In this document: piece after piece, positions 11,429 to 23,924 of the stretch | How the letters are laid out: each line of letters opens with the position of its first letter | Position numbering within the stretch: the stretch's first letter is position 1 | Origin: Pseudovirgaria hyperparasitica | Lineage: Eukaryota | Reading direction: 5' to 3' (one strand) | Length of the DNA: 64,000 bases | Assembly: GCA_010093815.1 (NCBI GenBank) | Contig: ML996565.1 | Position numbers and translations under genes: made by a program | Notes under the pieces: model-generated | The model's input: the letters and a program-made list of their open reading frames with translations, nothing else | Told to the model about the DNA's origin: nothing | Database searches by the model: none

Positions 11429-12802
11429 ATGTCCCCCAAACAAACCTACAAAATCGCAATCATCGGCGCCGGTCCAGCCGGCTGCACCCTCGCCCGCATC
11501 CTCCTCCACTCCCCCGCCGCCGCCTCCCTCAGCATCACAATCTTCGAAAGCGAGCCCTCCTCCACCGCCCGCTCCCAAGGCGGCACCCTCGACCTCCACC
11601 CCGACACCGGCATCGCAGCCCTCAAACGCGCAGGCCTCTACGACCAATTCCTCGCCCACGCCCGCTTCGACGGCCAAGCCCTCAAACTCACAAACAAGGC
11701 CTTCAAATCCTTCATCAACACCTCCTCCGGCTCCACACCCTCAAACCCCTCCTCACCATCCTCCTCCTCCTCACACGCCCGCCCCGAAATCGACCGCGCC
11801 GTCCTCCGCTCCCTCCTCCTCGCCTCCCTCCCCAAAGACACCATCCACTGGGCCCACCACCTCGAGCGCGTCTCCCCCGGGGGTCCTCCAACCTCCAACA
11901 ACAACAACACTCCCTCATCCCCCACGACCCCCTCCTGGACACTCCACTTCCGCCACCACGCCCCCCAGCACGGCTTCTCCCTCGTCGTCGGCGCCGACGG
12001 CGCCTGGAGCCACTGCCGCGCCGCCCTCACCCCCCAACCGCCCATCTACGCCGGCATCGCAGGCATAACCCGCACCATCTCCCCGGGCACCTGTCCAGCA
12101 CATCTCCGCGCAGCGCTGAACAAGGGCAGCATATTCGCGTTCGGCGACGGGAAAGCGATTACGGCGCAGCAGCTCGGCACGGGGGAGATTAGCGTTTCGA
12201 CGTGGGTTGTGCAGGGGGAGGATGTGCTTGAGGAGTTATATGGCGGGGGACGGATTCAGGACGGGGAGGAAGTGCGGCGGGTGCAGATGGGGGTGTTTGA
12301 GGGGTGGAGCGAGGTGTTGCGCGGGTTTATTGCTGCGGGGGATGGGGAGTGCGTGGGGCGGAAGTTGTATATGTTGCCTGTTGGGCTGCGGTGGGTGCAT
12401 CGGGAGGGCCTGACGCTGGTGGGGGATGCGGCGCATTTGATGACGCCGTTTATTGGCGAGGGGGTGAATTTGGCGATGGGCGATGCGGTGAGGCTTGCGG
12501 ATGGGATTGGGGCTGCTGTTCTGCGGGGTGGTGGTGCGGAGCGTTTGGATGCGGAGGTCGAGGCGTTTGAGCGGGATATGTTTGTGCGGGCGACGAAGTG
12601 CCAGGAGCGGACGTGGGAGGCGCTGAGGTTGGGCTTTTTGGTGCCTGGGGCGCCGGATGTGAATGTTGAGGAGATTGTGGTGAATGCCGTTGGGGATGAG
12701 GTGCCGTGGTGGGGGATGGGTGTGTTTAAGGCTTTGGTGTATACGTATTTTTGGGGTTGGAGGTGGTGGCATGGTGTTAGTGGGAGGGTGGTGGAGGGTT
12801 GA
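11429..12802 (+). CDS. FAD-dependent monooxygenase (UbiH/TetX-like, group A), 457 aa, intronless
   Basis: IAIIGAGPAG (GxGxxG), QGGTLDLH, RPEIDR, VVGADGAWS (DG motif), LVGDAAHLMTPFIGEGVNLAMGDA (GD motif). Confidence 0.92.
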   Translation: MSPKQTYKIAIIGAGPAGCTLARILLHSPAAASLSITIFESEPSSTARSQGGTLDLHPDTGIAALKRAGLYDQFLAHARFDGQALKLTNKAFKSFINTSSGSTPSNPSSPSSSSSHARPEIDRAVLRSLLLASLPKDTIHWAHHLERVSPGGPPTSNNNNTPSSPTTPSWTLHFRHHAPQHGFSLVVGADGAWSHCRAALTPQPPIYAGIAGITRTISPGTCPAHLRAALNKGSIFAFGDGKAITAQQLGTGEISVSTWVVQGEDVLEELYGGGRIQDGEEVRRVQMGVFEGWSEVLRGFIAAGDGECVGRKLYMLPVGLRWVHREGLTLVGDAAHLMTPFIGEGVNLAMGDAVRLADGIGAAVLRGGGAERLDAEVEAFERDMFVRATKCQERTWEALRLGFLVPGAPDVNVEEIVVNAVGDEVPWWGMGVFKALVYTYFWGWRWWHGVSGRVVEG

Positions 12803-14025
12803 GATGAGGAATAGATGTTGATACCTGGGTTTGCTCTGCGTTGTTTGGAATTGTGTATTGCATGCAGTATTTGCAGGTGACGTCGGCTCAGACTGTGAGA
12901 CAGGGGCACGTTTGAAAAGGAACCATTTGATCAATTAATCACCCTTTATATCATATGTAAAAAGCTGGGTTTTCATCGGTCACCGGGATTCGATAGATAC
13001 TTTTCTCCGGTCAGGCGGTCGTATTATAGTTCTCAGCCAGAACTCAATTTTATCTGTTCTAATTTACCCCTGGCATCATACCACTCCAAGAAAGAATTCA
13101 ACACCTCCAGTCCCCTCACAATGCCCGCTAAACTGAAGCAGACAAGAACAAACATCAGCACGCCTGGCATTTCTACATTAATAGAACGTCAACATCTGTC
13201 TAGTATAAACACAATAAGCATCGCACGCCAGCACTTCCATCTACGAGCCCAACTCCTCTTCCAACAAAACACTCAAGTCCATAAAGTTTTACCTCTACAT
13301 GAAAATCTCACTTAACAATCACCATACTCAACCAATATAACAAATCCAACGAGTCATATCCCCTTTACAATCCCTTCCGCCCAAACGACCTACCAATCCA
13401 TCCAAACTTCAAGAGATTAAATTCTACAAACCAGATCATGCATAAAAAGACGAAGAAGAGGAAGGTAGTCCTCAGAATGAAATGTTTCTGTGTATTTTGG
13501 ATCTGTATTTGTATTCATCGTTTCTAGCATTCGTTGTTTGTATAACAAGCAAGTAGTCGTTTTTCAGGGGCGTGGGTGGCGAATGGTTACTTTTTATTTT
13601 CTGATACTGGGGAGAATAGAAAGGGGGGTGTGAAGGCAGGGATGTTGTTCCTCACATACTCAAGTCTGGATGTCAATACCACAAAGTGTGAAGGTAAACT
13701 CGTACTTCCAAGAAGTGCAACAGGTGGACGAGACTCGAGATGACAACCATAACCATAACTACTGAGATCAGATAGATGAAAGGCCCAACACTCAATCCAG
13801 ATACCGAACACAGCACATCATCCAAATCGACACCACCCACACCACGTATATAAGAGATTCGCGACGCTATCACAGGTATACAATACACACTCCTAATAAT
13901 ACACCACACACACACACATATCCACCAACACCACCTATGCCAAACCCAAAAAACGCCCATTTGCATTTCTGCAAGTTCCGACGTCTCCCCCCCCTTCCCC
14001 CAACTATTTTCATCCCAGCCTCTAC

Positions 14026-16291
14026 TTAGTCCGTCTTCCCCCCAGTCCCGCCATTCAACAGACCGCCTTTCTCGCTGAGGTTGAAATACCCTCCCGTCTC
14101 GCCGAAAGTCCTCCCTCTCCTCGCTCGCCTGCTGTATAAAATGCCCAGTACGGTGCTTACGAGCATGGCGACGCCCATGATGATGGGGTGCTTGGTGAAG
14201 AGGCGAATAAAGCGGTAGTAGACGCGCATGATTGGCGAGGAGGTTGATTTCGGGGAGATCTTGGGCGGGTTGGCGGTGACGCTGCGCAGTGTTTCTGAGA
14301 TGGATGTGCGGGAGGCGCGGATGGGGTCGCCGTTGATGGTGACGTCCCAATACTGGCGGTTCTGGTGATGGTTAGGGTTTGTCTATTTGAGTGACATGCG
14401 TCTGAGACACGAGGAGGTGGAGTGAGCTTACATCTTCGTCGTTGATGATGACTTTGGGGCCATCCTTTGCGTCGATACCATACGTGGTGCGGATCCAGCG
14501 ATCCCAGAAAACGCCATCGACCCATGCAAAGCCAACCTCTGTGCGCTTGATCTCGTCCATGTCAATGCGGATGCGTTTGGCATTGGAAAGAGCGCGTTCG
14601 TCGTCGCGATCCTCTGCCTCTTCGATACGCAGTTGCTTAGCATCTCGGAGCTCCTGACGCTCAAGCTGCATCATGTGTGTCTGCTTGTCGATCCACTCAA
14701 TGGCAGCATTCTTGAGTTCGCGCTTCGCACTGATAAATTCGTCATCGTTGTCACGGGTGAGGACAGCGAGCACAACAAGTCTGCCCTCCATGATCTCGAC
14801 GGCGTTCGAGGAGGTAAGCTCGGGAACTATGGGAAGCCAGTTCTGCATCATCCAGGAGAGAACTTTCTTGACGTCGCGGATGTCCTTGGGCGCCAATGGC
14901 GTAAAGTATGTGGGCTTGCTATCGCGAGACACGACGAGCCTGGGCCAAGTTGTGATACCAAATCGTTCGACGAGTTTCTTGTCGTTTGTCTTTACCAGCT
15001 TGGCGTGTCCTACAAGGCTCAGAGTGAGGCGATCGAGAGCTGCCAGATCTTCGCTTGTGGTCGCGTGGTCGTAGAAGTAAAGGAAGATGACCTCCTCTGT
15101 CTCCTCCATCTTGACAAAGTCGTCAAAGTTGACATCAACTACGCCCTCGTTGACTTCAGTCGCCCTGCTAGCATACGAAATCAGGTCCCCGACACCTCTC
15201 AAGCCCTCATACTCTACCCTTTCACCTCCCCTGAAGAAGAGCATGGTCGGATAGCCCTTGACGCCAGCTTCCTTGCACAGACGCTTCTCCTGTTCACAAT
15301 TAACCTCTCCGACATTCAGTCTGCCCTGCATCTCCTTTGCCATCTGCTTCCAGTTTGGCGCCAAAGCTTTGCAATGGCCGCACCATGGTGCGTAGAATTT
15401 GATGAACCAAGCATCGGTCGTTGCTGTGACTTTCTTCTGGAAGGCCTCTGCATCCAGGGGCACGGAGTCGCCCTGGAGGTTGGCTTTGCTGTTATCCTTC
15501 GAAGCGGGCCTATTCTGTATCGGAGCCTGATTCTGCAATGCAGCTTCAGGCTTTGCAGTCACCGGAGTCGCTACAGCACGGTGCGCCGAGGCCATGGCAG
15601 AGCCTGCCGCAGGATTCTTGTCCTTCTCCTCCGATACCTCCGGCTTCGTAGCCGCATCGTCCGTTTGCGTAGCGCCAACTTTAGGAAGCTTCACTCCCTC
15701 CTTCGGTCGCGAGCCCGGTCTTATCGTCTCTAGGCAGTCCTCCACGAAGCCGCTAAATACGTTGATGTCCATGCCTCCGACATGCTTGCTCGTCTCCTCG
15801 CCGTTCTTGAAGAGCTTAAAAGTCGGGAATCGCAGGCCGTCATACTTCTGGCAAGCATCCCCAAAGGATATACAGTCTATCTTCGCGAACTTGAAATCGT
15901 AGTATCTCGAGAAGGTGTTCAGACTGTCATCGGAGACCTGTTTATTCCCAGGAACGGGGTTTGAGGTGTAGTAGTACTCGTATGCGGTCTGGTAGATGGG
16001 GGCCATCGCTTGGCAGTGGCCACAGTATGGCGAGTAGAACTCGATAAGCCTACATGATTAGTACTGAAAGACGGAACAAAGAATGTTGCGGCTCACTCAC
16101 CAGTTTCCTGTGCTTATAGCCTCACTGATGCTGTCGCCTGTGAGGTGTACGATCGGCGGTACTTCTATGCCATTGAATTTGGTAGGTTGTGGAGGGCCTT
16201 CCTGCTGCTCTGCGTCTGCTGCGGCGACAAATGCGAAGAGGAAAGCGATGCATGCCAGCAAGGCAAGCCGTATGTTCCTTTGTGAATTCAT
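14026..16291 (-). CDS. ER membrane-anchored protein disulfide isomerase (Eps1-like), about 714 aa
   Basis: Exons 16291-16101, 16049-14432, 14361-14026. N-terminal signal peptide, two thioredoxin sites (FYSPYCGHC, FYAPWCGHC), C-terminal TM helix then basic residues, ends GGKTD. Confidence 0.9.
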
Positions 16292-17207
16292 GGTGTGTGG
16301 AACGTATCAGGACATGCGATCGATTTGGCGCGCTGTATGCGTGGAAGGGTATGTTCGTGAACTTCGTAGACTTCGTGATGGGAAAGGACAGGTTGCACGA
16401 TTTGAAAGGTTGGCGGAGTAGGTTCCAGTGCGCATTTGTTGGTATGCGAGTCTGGAAAGAAAGAAGAGTGGGAGGATACCTGACTGGGGACCTTGGGCTA
16501 CTGCTGTTGTATGAGCAGTCTAAAACCCATCGTCGCTCAAGTCTCGAGTCAAACAAGTGTTGGCTTTGACATGTACGCCGCACCCCTGCCTCTCGCTCCC
16601 TATCATGAGTTACTGGATCGGGTCCTTTGTCAAATAACCTTATTCTTAGCACTAACGGGAACAGGAACACACTGAACCACGCCTCAATGGAAGGGAACAA
16701 ACACCCAATCGACTTCGCTAGATATGCTAGGCGTAGTATATAATCTGAAGTCTTCGTATTCGAGTCTGGTCTCATGGCTATGCTATCATGGATACCATAG
16801 GCGATTTCAAGCTGGATCGTCTCAAAAGTTTCTGGACAGGTGGGCAAAGAAAGAAAAGATCATCTATTATCGGGCTCAGATGTTCAGACTCTACTCAATT
16901 ACTCTCAACAGTCCAGTCTTCCTAGCGCTTTACAAGCAGTATTTCAGTATTCCTTGACTGTCCTCTACACGCAATACCAGAAAGCGAATATAAAACCCAC
17001 TCCCTATCCAAGCACAAAAGCAGCACAAGGTCCAAGCTCGACCCTCAAATCCGCATCTCCAACAACACCACCACCACCACCACAACCCATCCCCCGAACC
17101 ACACACTCACCACCCATCGCCAATTACCCTCAAACACAATCCATAGGCCCATACCAACTCCTTCTCATACTTTCGGCCAGCCATTTCCTCCCCCACCTCC
17201 CCCAAAG

Positions 17208-18226
17208 ATGCGCCCCGCAACCCGCCTCCTCGCCACCCTCAAAGGCGCAAAACCAACATACCACACGCCCAACGCCCCAACCGGCCTCGCCGGCCTCCTC
17301 ACACACCCGCACCCGCGGCCCGCGCTCATCTACACATACAAGCAGACGCTCCAGGCCCTGGGCCAGATGCCGGAGTCGTCGGTGTACAGACAGTCGGTCG
17401 AGGCGATTACCAAGGCGCGGCTGCGGACGGTCGAGGCGGTTGCGCCGCTGGAGGGCGCGGAGAGGCGCGAGGTTGTGCTGGCGAGGGTGCGGGAGCGGAG
17501 GCCGGGGTTGGGGGATGAGGAGTGAGTTTTTTTTTTTCGTTCTTTTTTGTGCTTTTGCGTGGACGAAAGAATTTGATGGACTGATGTTGGGTGTTAGGAT
17601 TGCGGCGATCAAGAAGCAGGCGGCGGATGGGGAGTTGACGAGTGAGCAGTGAGTTGGGCGTCCTTTTATTCTCGCAGTGGTGTGGAGCCGTGTGAGAATG
17701 GAACACACGGGGGATATCACTGGGTACAGGAGGCATTGCTGACTGGCAATTGTGCACAGGGTCTCTGAGATCATGAGCAAGATCGAGAGTACTGGGGAGC
17801 TCACTACCAGAGAAGAGAAGGTTACAGAGGGACTGTTGACGGCAGAGCAGTAAGTGGAACCTACTGATACCTCTGGATCGAGCGCGTATCGCTGTATCTT
17901 GGTTGCATGAAAGCCAGCAGGTAAACGCATAGCTAACCACAACGGTACAAACACAGGATCTCAGACATCGAAACACAAATCGGCGCCGGTCTAATTGAAG
18001 AAGTCATCCAAGTCGCAGAGGGCGAGCTCGAGCTGGTCAAGAACATGATCACAGCCAAGCCGTTAGTCGTCTCCCATCCCTTCATTCTCGCATACAGATT
18101 GCCACATTCTGCATACATCGCAGCTAACAATAGTCATACAGATGGGAGGAACTCGTCGAGAAGGCACCCGAGGGACAATGGAGCTATTTCGAGCGTGGCA
18201 CAGGCACGGAGAAGCCACCAGCGTAG
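17208..18226 (+). CDS. NDUFA5: NADH:ubiquinone oxidoreductase 29.9 kDa subunit (NDUFA5/B13), about 214 aa
   Basis: Exons 17208-17521, 17598-17648, 17760-17849, 17957-18061, 18142-18226 (645 nt, in frame). PTGLAGL.THPHPR, MPESSVYRQSVEAITKARL, IGAGLIEEVIQVAEGEL, WEELVEKAPEGQWSYFER. Confidence 0.9.
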
Positions 18227-21200
18227 TAGTACAACATGTGGCAACAATGTGGCGCAGTCGAAGACGAGGCATGTAGAAGTGTATGTGTGTATATATATAA
18301 TACCAGCAAAAAAATGAATGCAACTGCCGTCATTTCATCGATGTCCACGAAATCGGGCCGTGGTAGCGTCTATTCGGTGGGGATCGTGTCTTTCAGCATT
18401 CTTTGTCAGATTTCACGCCCAAGGTTGGCTATGGAACGTGCCCGTGTGTGTGCTGTGGAATGGAAAGTCCTGGCGGGGTAAGTTGATGGGAAAAAAAGGG
18501 CTGAAGAAGGAGCTCCAGAGTTTTCTTCTGAGGCTGCTTTTCTCCAGTTTCAAGTCAGCCGGAGAAGTCAGGGTCTTTGCAGGTGGGGTGTTGGATTGGT
18601 GTTTTAAGATGGGGTATGTGTGACGAGAGTGACCTCATTTCGAGATTCGAGGTTCGAGGGTCCCCCTGCATGCATGTATAAAATTCAGAGCAGGCCACCA
18701 TTTTGATGAGAGAGATTTCAGGCGACTATGTGCGCTCAGATTAATGACAGGGCAAGTCTGTGAGGGCATACTCGAGTTGGCGAAAAGGTTTTACTCCTCG
18801 CGAAGTGTGCGAGGCGACGCGTTGCAATCGTAAGTAGAGATCATAACCTAGCTGCGCCGATAACGGCAAGCGACAATGCAACATCACCACCACGTCTCTA
18901 AATAGTATCTGTGACTTACACTATCTCAAAGTTTGACCAGAGTCTAGACAATGAAACGTGTTTCGGCCGGATAGGCGTTGCAACGTAGAAAGATGAGCTG
19001 ACTTTAGGAAAGCAAAACTTTTTCAAGCGTTCCGCATGACTCTTTTTTCAATATTTTTTTTCTCTCTCTTCATCTTCGCCTTCATCTGCTTTCGTGTCCA
19101 TCGGAGACGCAAGGGACTAATAGATAGCGAGCGACGACGACGACGCGTGGCGGCATTTCCGCCAGGGAAAAAAAGGGCTGACGCAAGGCGGACAACGATC
19201 CCAGCAAGCTCATGCCCCAAGAACCCTGCGTGGGTACGGATCAAACTTCCTGTTTGATGAGGCAGAGCAGGGGACGTGGGATAGAGACATCGGTAGGGGT
19301 GTTTTGTGGGCAAGGCTTGCAGGACAATGTGTGACCGATGCTCGGCGGTTGGATGGGCGAGTGATGGAGCGGCGGGATGACTTGCAGCAGGCTGTAGGCG
19401 AGCGAGGCGAGAGAGGCGAGGCGAGCAGCTGGGAATGCGGAAGACAGTCCAGGGCAAGGCGATGGGCGATGGCGCTGGCCAGATGTCACTGCATTCCCAT
19501 GCTTGCAAGAGACAGCTGTTGTTTGACTACTGCGGACACTGACGCACGCCGCCAACGCCAACGCCGCCGTAGACGAGCAAGTAAAAGTGTGAGGAATTGA
19601 GTAAAGTGACAGTGTGGTTGAGAGTGGTTAATTAGTGTGGATGGTGCAGAGTGCAGAGTGCAGAAAACAGAAAGGATGCCGGTGGGGCCGAGATGGATCT
19701 GATGGGTGGGTGGATGCTGTATCCGACATGGGTCAAAATTACAGCCACGTACGTAATCGAGCCGGAGGATCGGTATTACCTACTTGGGCTGGCTGCATCT
19801 CTGTATTGTTTGAGGTGCTGCTGGGGAGTGTGTTTGCCTAATGAGGTGTAGCCGGTGCCTGCCAGCTGCCAAGTTCGCAGCGACATTAATACCGCTGACT
19901 GAGTGCTGAGTAGCTAGCAGGTATGGTAAGTAAGGTATTGACTGCGGACGGCCGAAGCCGCCGCAGCAGCAGCAGCAACAACGTTTGTAAAGTGGGCAAA
20001 AGAGGGTTGGGCGGCTGGTGGCATCCGGCACCCACATCGTTCCCGCGCACGTCGACAAAACTTGCATCGGCACGAGACCCACGTCAGATGGATGGAATGG
20101 AATGGAATTGGAATGGAGAGAGATAGGATAGAGGAGGACGCGACGGTAGCAGTCCAATCCATATTATTAACTAATTAATGACAGCAACTCTATTACCGTG
20201 CCCGTTTACCTGGTTACCTGCTGGTTACCTGGTAGTTTTTAGCATTTAGCACAAAAGTCAGGGTCCGGAAGGCATGGATTATGTGCGTGTTTCCCAGCAT
20301 GCTGGCTGTGTATTTGAGCATGATCGGCCCGGGACCACTACCTCTCACCCACGCAAGACCAGACTTACGGTATGACTGCGCAGTCAGAGAAAGAGACAGA
20401 GACAGAGGCAGAGAGAGACAGAAAGCCCTGAGACAGACAGACAGACAGACAGACAGTAGCAGTCGTCACTCGTCCATACAGCTGTTGCAGTATTAGTGTT
20501 TCGGTGCAGCGTGTAGCAAGTCCCAACACCATCACCAGCTATCGCCGTATCGGTTCCAGGGTACTGTGCTCACTTGCTCGGACGCTCTGCTGGCCTGTGT
20601 CGATTATAATATCTCTTGTCTCTGGCTCTGGCTCTGGAATGTGTCAGTGCCAGTGTGTCTATCCATGTCGTCTGTGCCTATGCGTCCGTGTGTATGTGTG
20701 TGTCTCTAGCCATCTCTGTGACGGTCTCTGTCGCTGCTTCAACACTTTGCACCGTTGCACCGGTTCAGTCCCAGTCCAAGTCTCTCAACGGAGGAATCTT
20801 CCTATTCGATAATTAGCTCCCTGCCCGACCACGCCAAAATCTTGAAGCTGTGGCCACATTCATCGCCGTAGGTAGCCTTTTGGCTTTGGCAATAACTAGT
20901 ATCTATTGTATTAATCAACTGTCAACGAACCATGAATTACACACTGTCATTAATATCCCGTTTGTTGATGCTGCGTGGGGTGCATCCTAAGCTCCTATGC
21001 ATGCTACTGTCTATATCTATTGCTTTCCAGCTGGACGGATACCGATCCATGTCCCCTTCCTTGTACCAGACAAAAAGCTCTGACGATAGACACGACACAT
21101 ATTAGGAGATGGACGGTCGATGCACGTCTTGTCCATTCTTCCCTGGCACTGGCATGCATCCATCGCCGGATTCCGAGAGGCATGACAGCGATTGGGAATT

Positions 21201-21968
21201 TTGCACAGTGCCAGTGATCAGTCTGAGGCCCGGTCGGAAGTTCGGCGCGTGCTGCAATTGAGCGTTCGATGGCTTGGGTTAGGCATGGCGCGTGGTGGCT
21301 TGAGATTTCATTGTGGCCGCCACTTGAGTCTGGGCTTCTGCGCTCTGGGCTCTGGGCTCTGCAAACAATCATCATCATGCTGAAAGCTCATGCTCATCAT
21401 GCTCATGCTCATGCTCATGCTGATCCTGCAAACAAGCAGCACAACTTCTTTCGTCGCCCTCAGCGTGCCGTCTTACCGTCTTACCGTCTTACTGTTCAAA
21501 GCCGTCTAATTACCGTCCATCGTCTATTCTACCGACTACGTGCGCAACGCCGCCTCCCTCGTCTCGAGGGGTTGACGTTGTCGTCGTAGGATGATGGATG
21601 CTCAGATGCTGGAAACCCTTTCACGCCCGCTTGGCAAGCAACATTGCGTAATTGGTCCGGGTTTGTGACAATACTACTTAGCCTCAAACAGAGAGGTGCA
21701 TGCCAATCTCTTGTGGCCGTGTGCAAGCACGAATCGCCCGTTTGAGTAATTGGCAGAATTGTGAAGATGAACAAGAGGCCGCATCAAGAGAGTCAAACAG
21801 GACCATGGGACGCGGCGAGCATGCCGACTCACGCACGCTGCCGCTGCCCACAGACGAAGTGGTTTTTTGTCCGATTCGCTAGCCGTCGCCTGCATTAGTC
21901 TCGACCAGTGACGGCGGCACTAGCTGAAGCGGAGGATGAAGAAGGTTGAGAGCCTTGAGGCTGGTGAC

Positions 21969-22068
21969 GACGATGATTTGATCATGCTGGTAATGATGAT
22001 GATGGTCATGATGGTCGTAGTGGTGATACCGCTACTGCTGCTACTACTGCTGCTGCTGCTGCTGCTGG
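21969..22068. repeat. Compound trinucleotide microsatellite (GAT/GGT then CTG/CTA)
   Basis: Imperfect runs of gat, ggt and ctg/cta units; these explain the poly-M/poly-L ORF at 21936. Confidence 0.75.
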
Positions 22069-23924
22069 TCTTCGCTCTGGTAGACAGTCAGAAGAAGTGG
22101 TCATTAATAGGTAAAATGGAAGGCCAACCTACGTGACACTACTGCCTGTCGTGATTCCTACCTTATAATTCATACTATACACTTCGGGCCATATTCACTC
22201 TCTCATCGATACACCGTGGATTAAAAACCTCCTCTATTCTTTGTGTAGGAGATAATGGATTATAGTATGGTATTAGTGATTAGTACATGGTAGTGTTCCT
22301 CCGAAGTTTCTGCCGGCACGTGATGGGAATGTACAGTTAGCTCACATCTGCATGTTCCGCCTGCACGCCGCCATCAGCCATCGCGATTCTTCATTCGCTT
22401 TTCGCCCTTTTGCCCTTTTCGCATTTGCCATTATTTGTCGTCGCCTCGAGTCCCCCTTCAATAATTCATCTCCCGGCTAATTCATCTTGCACTGAATCGC
22501 CACGACCAGCATCATCTTCCCCCTTTTGTTCCTTTTTTTTTCACACTAATCATCTCTGACCCTGGCCCCGGTACCTGGTTTATACCGTAACGTTCGAGCC
22601 ACGGCACGCGAAAAGTGTTTGTATGTGTGTGTGCGTGAGAGAGGAAGACAGAGAGAGACGACATTGACACCGACCCACCTCTGATCTTTGCTACCGCCGA
22701 CCCACACATCATCGCTTCTAGCCGCTCTTTTGCGAAATTCAAGCCTCTCTATACATCATATCATTTGCCTGCTTCCCTCTGCGTCAGAAAGTACCCGCTC
22801 GACAAGCATATTGATGTCTTCTTTTCTTCGAAGCGTCTAAAGCACAGCAGCGAGTCATTAGCCATACCGACAACGCCTTATCTCCCAGGGTTCATCGAGT
22901 CTTGCTGCGGTTACGCGCCAAAGTCGGCCAACTACGAGACGACGACGTTCGGCCGCCCAGCCCAGCACACCACACCAGCAGAAAGCAGCTATCCAGTAAC
23001 CAGCACCACTCCCACTGCTACCATCACTACCACCACCACCACCACAAGCACCACAAGCACAAGCTCCGCGGCACTTCCTTGGGACCCGCTCGGCATATCC
23101 ATCGCTGGCCTGTCTCTGCCTCGTCACTTGAGGGTCATCCACCTGCCCTTCTCTCAACAGGGATTTCGATTTCGAACTCGATTTCAAAACTTCTCTTGTC
23201 GTCCTTCGCCCCTGCCCTTTCTCTCTACTATCCCTCCCAAAGAGTTCTGCCGCTGTTTCCCCTTACCCTTGTCATCCCGAGCTTCCTCCACCCAACAGTG
23301 CATCTTTCGCGCCTCAAGCTTTCTCTCTTCTCTTCTCTTCCTCCCTCCCTCCCTCCCTCCCTCGCTCCCTCGCGTCATCGTTACTATACAAAGGCATCTT
23401 CACATACCTTTCCTCCTTCGCCTCGCGCTATCCCATTACCTGCGCCGGCTTCCTCACTTCATCAATCACCCATTTGCGGCTTCGACATATTTCAATCCAC
23501 CAGGTTCCCACCCAGGAACGCTGTCGACCCACTAATTTCCACAGCGGGAGAGGCTTGAGGCTCCTTTGTGCAAGTGGATCCAGATCGCCCGTTCGGCTGT
23601 CGAGAGCACGCGGCCTGTCTGTCTTTGCCAAACATACTTTGACTGAAGCACCACCACTTCTGCTCCTCACACCTCGTGTCAATCTTTCTCCACCACGCCC
23701 CTCACCTTACTTTTGATCGTTCCCGCCGCCATCCTCAAATCCTCCCGGTCTCCACCATTCCTCTATCGCGAATACAGCCTGTGCTATACACATTTGGGAG
23801 AACTTTGCCCTGCCGCTTCCTACCCATCCGCCGACACGAATTCTTCTAGAAGAGCGTAGCAAGAGCAATAAACAGAAACGTCAAGGCCGACTTCACTGTT
23901 GCTTATATCTTTGACGCGTTAATC

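Noticed and set aside
11322..12934. Several long Pro/Arg/His-rich overlapping ORFs
   Set aside because: Alternative-frame products of the C-rich/G-rich skewed monooxygenase gene, which has few stop codons in other frames.
14633..15733. 366-aa + strand ORF
   Set aside because: Antisense shadow of the Eps1-like PDI.
19036..19257. Small ORF with hydrophobic N-terminus and basic stretch
   Set aside because: Hydrophobicity comes from a T-rich tract and Arg run from a CGA repeat; no other support.
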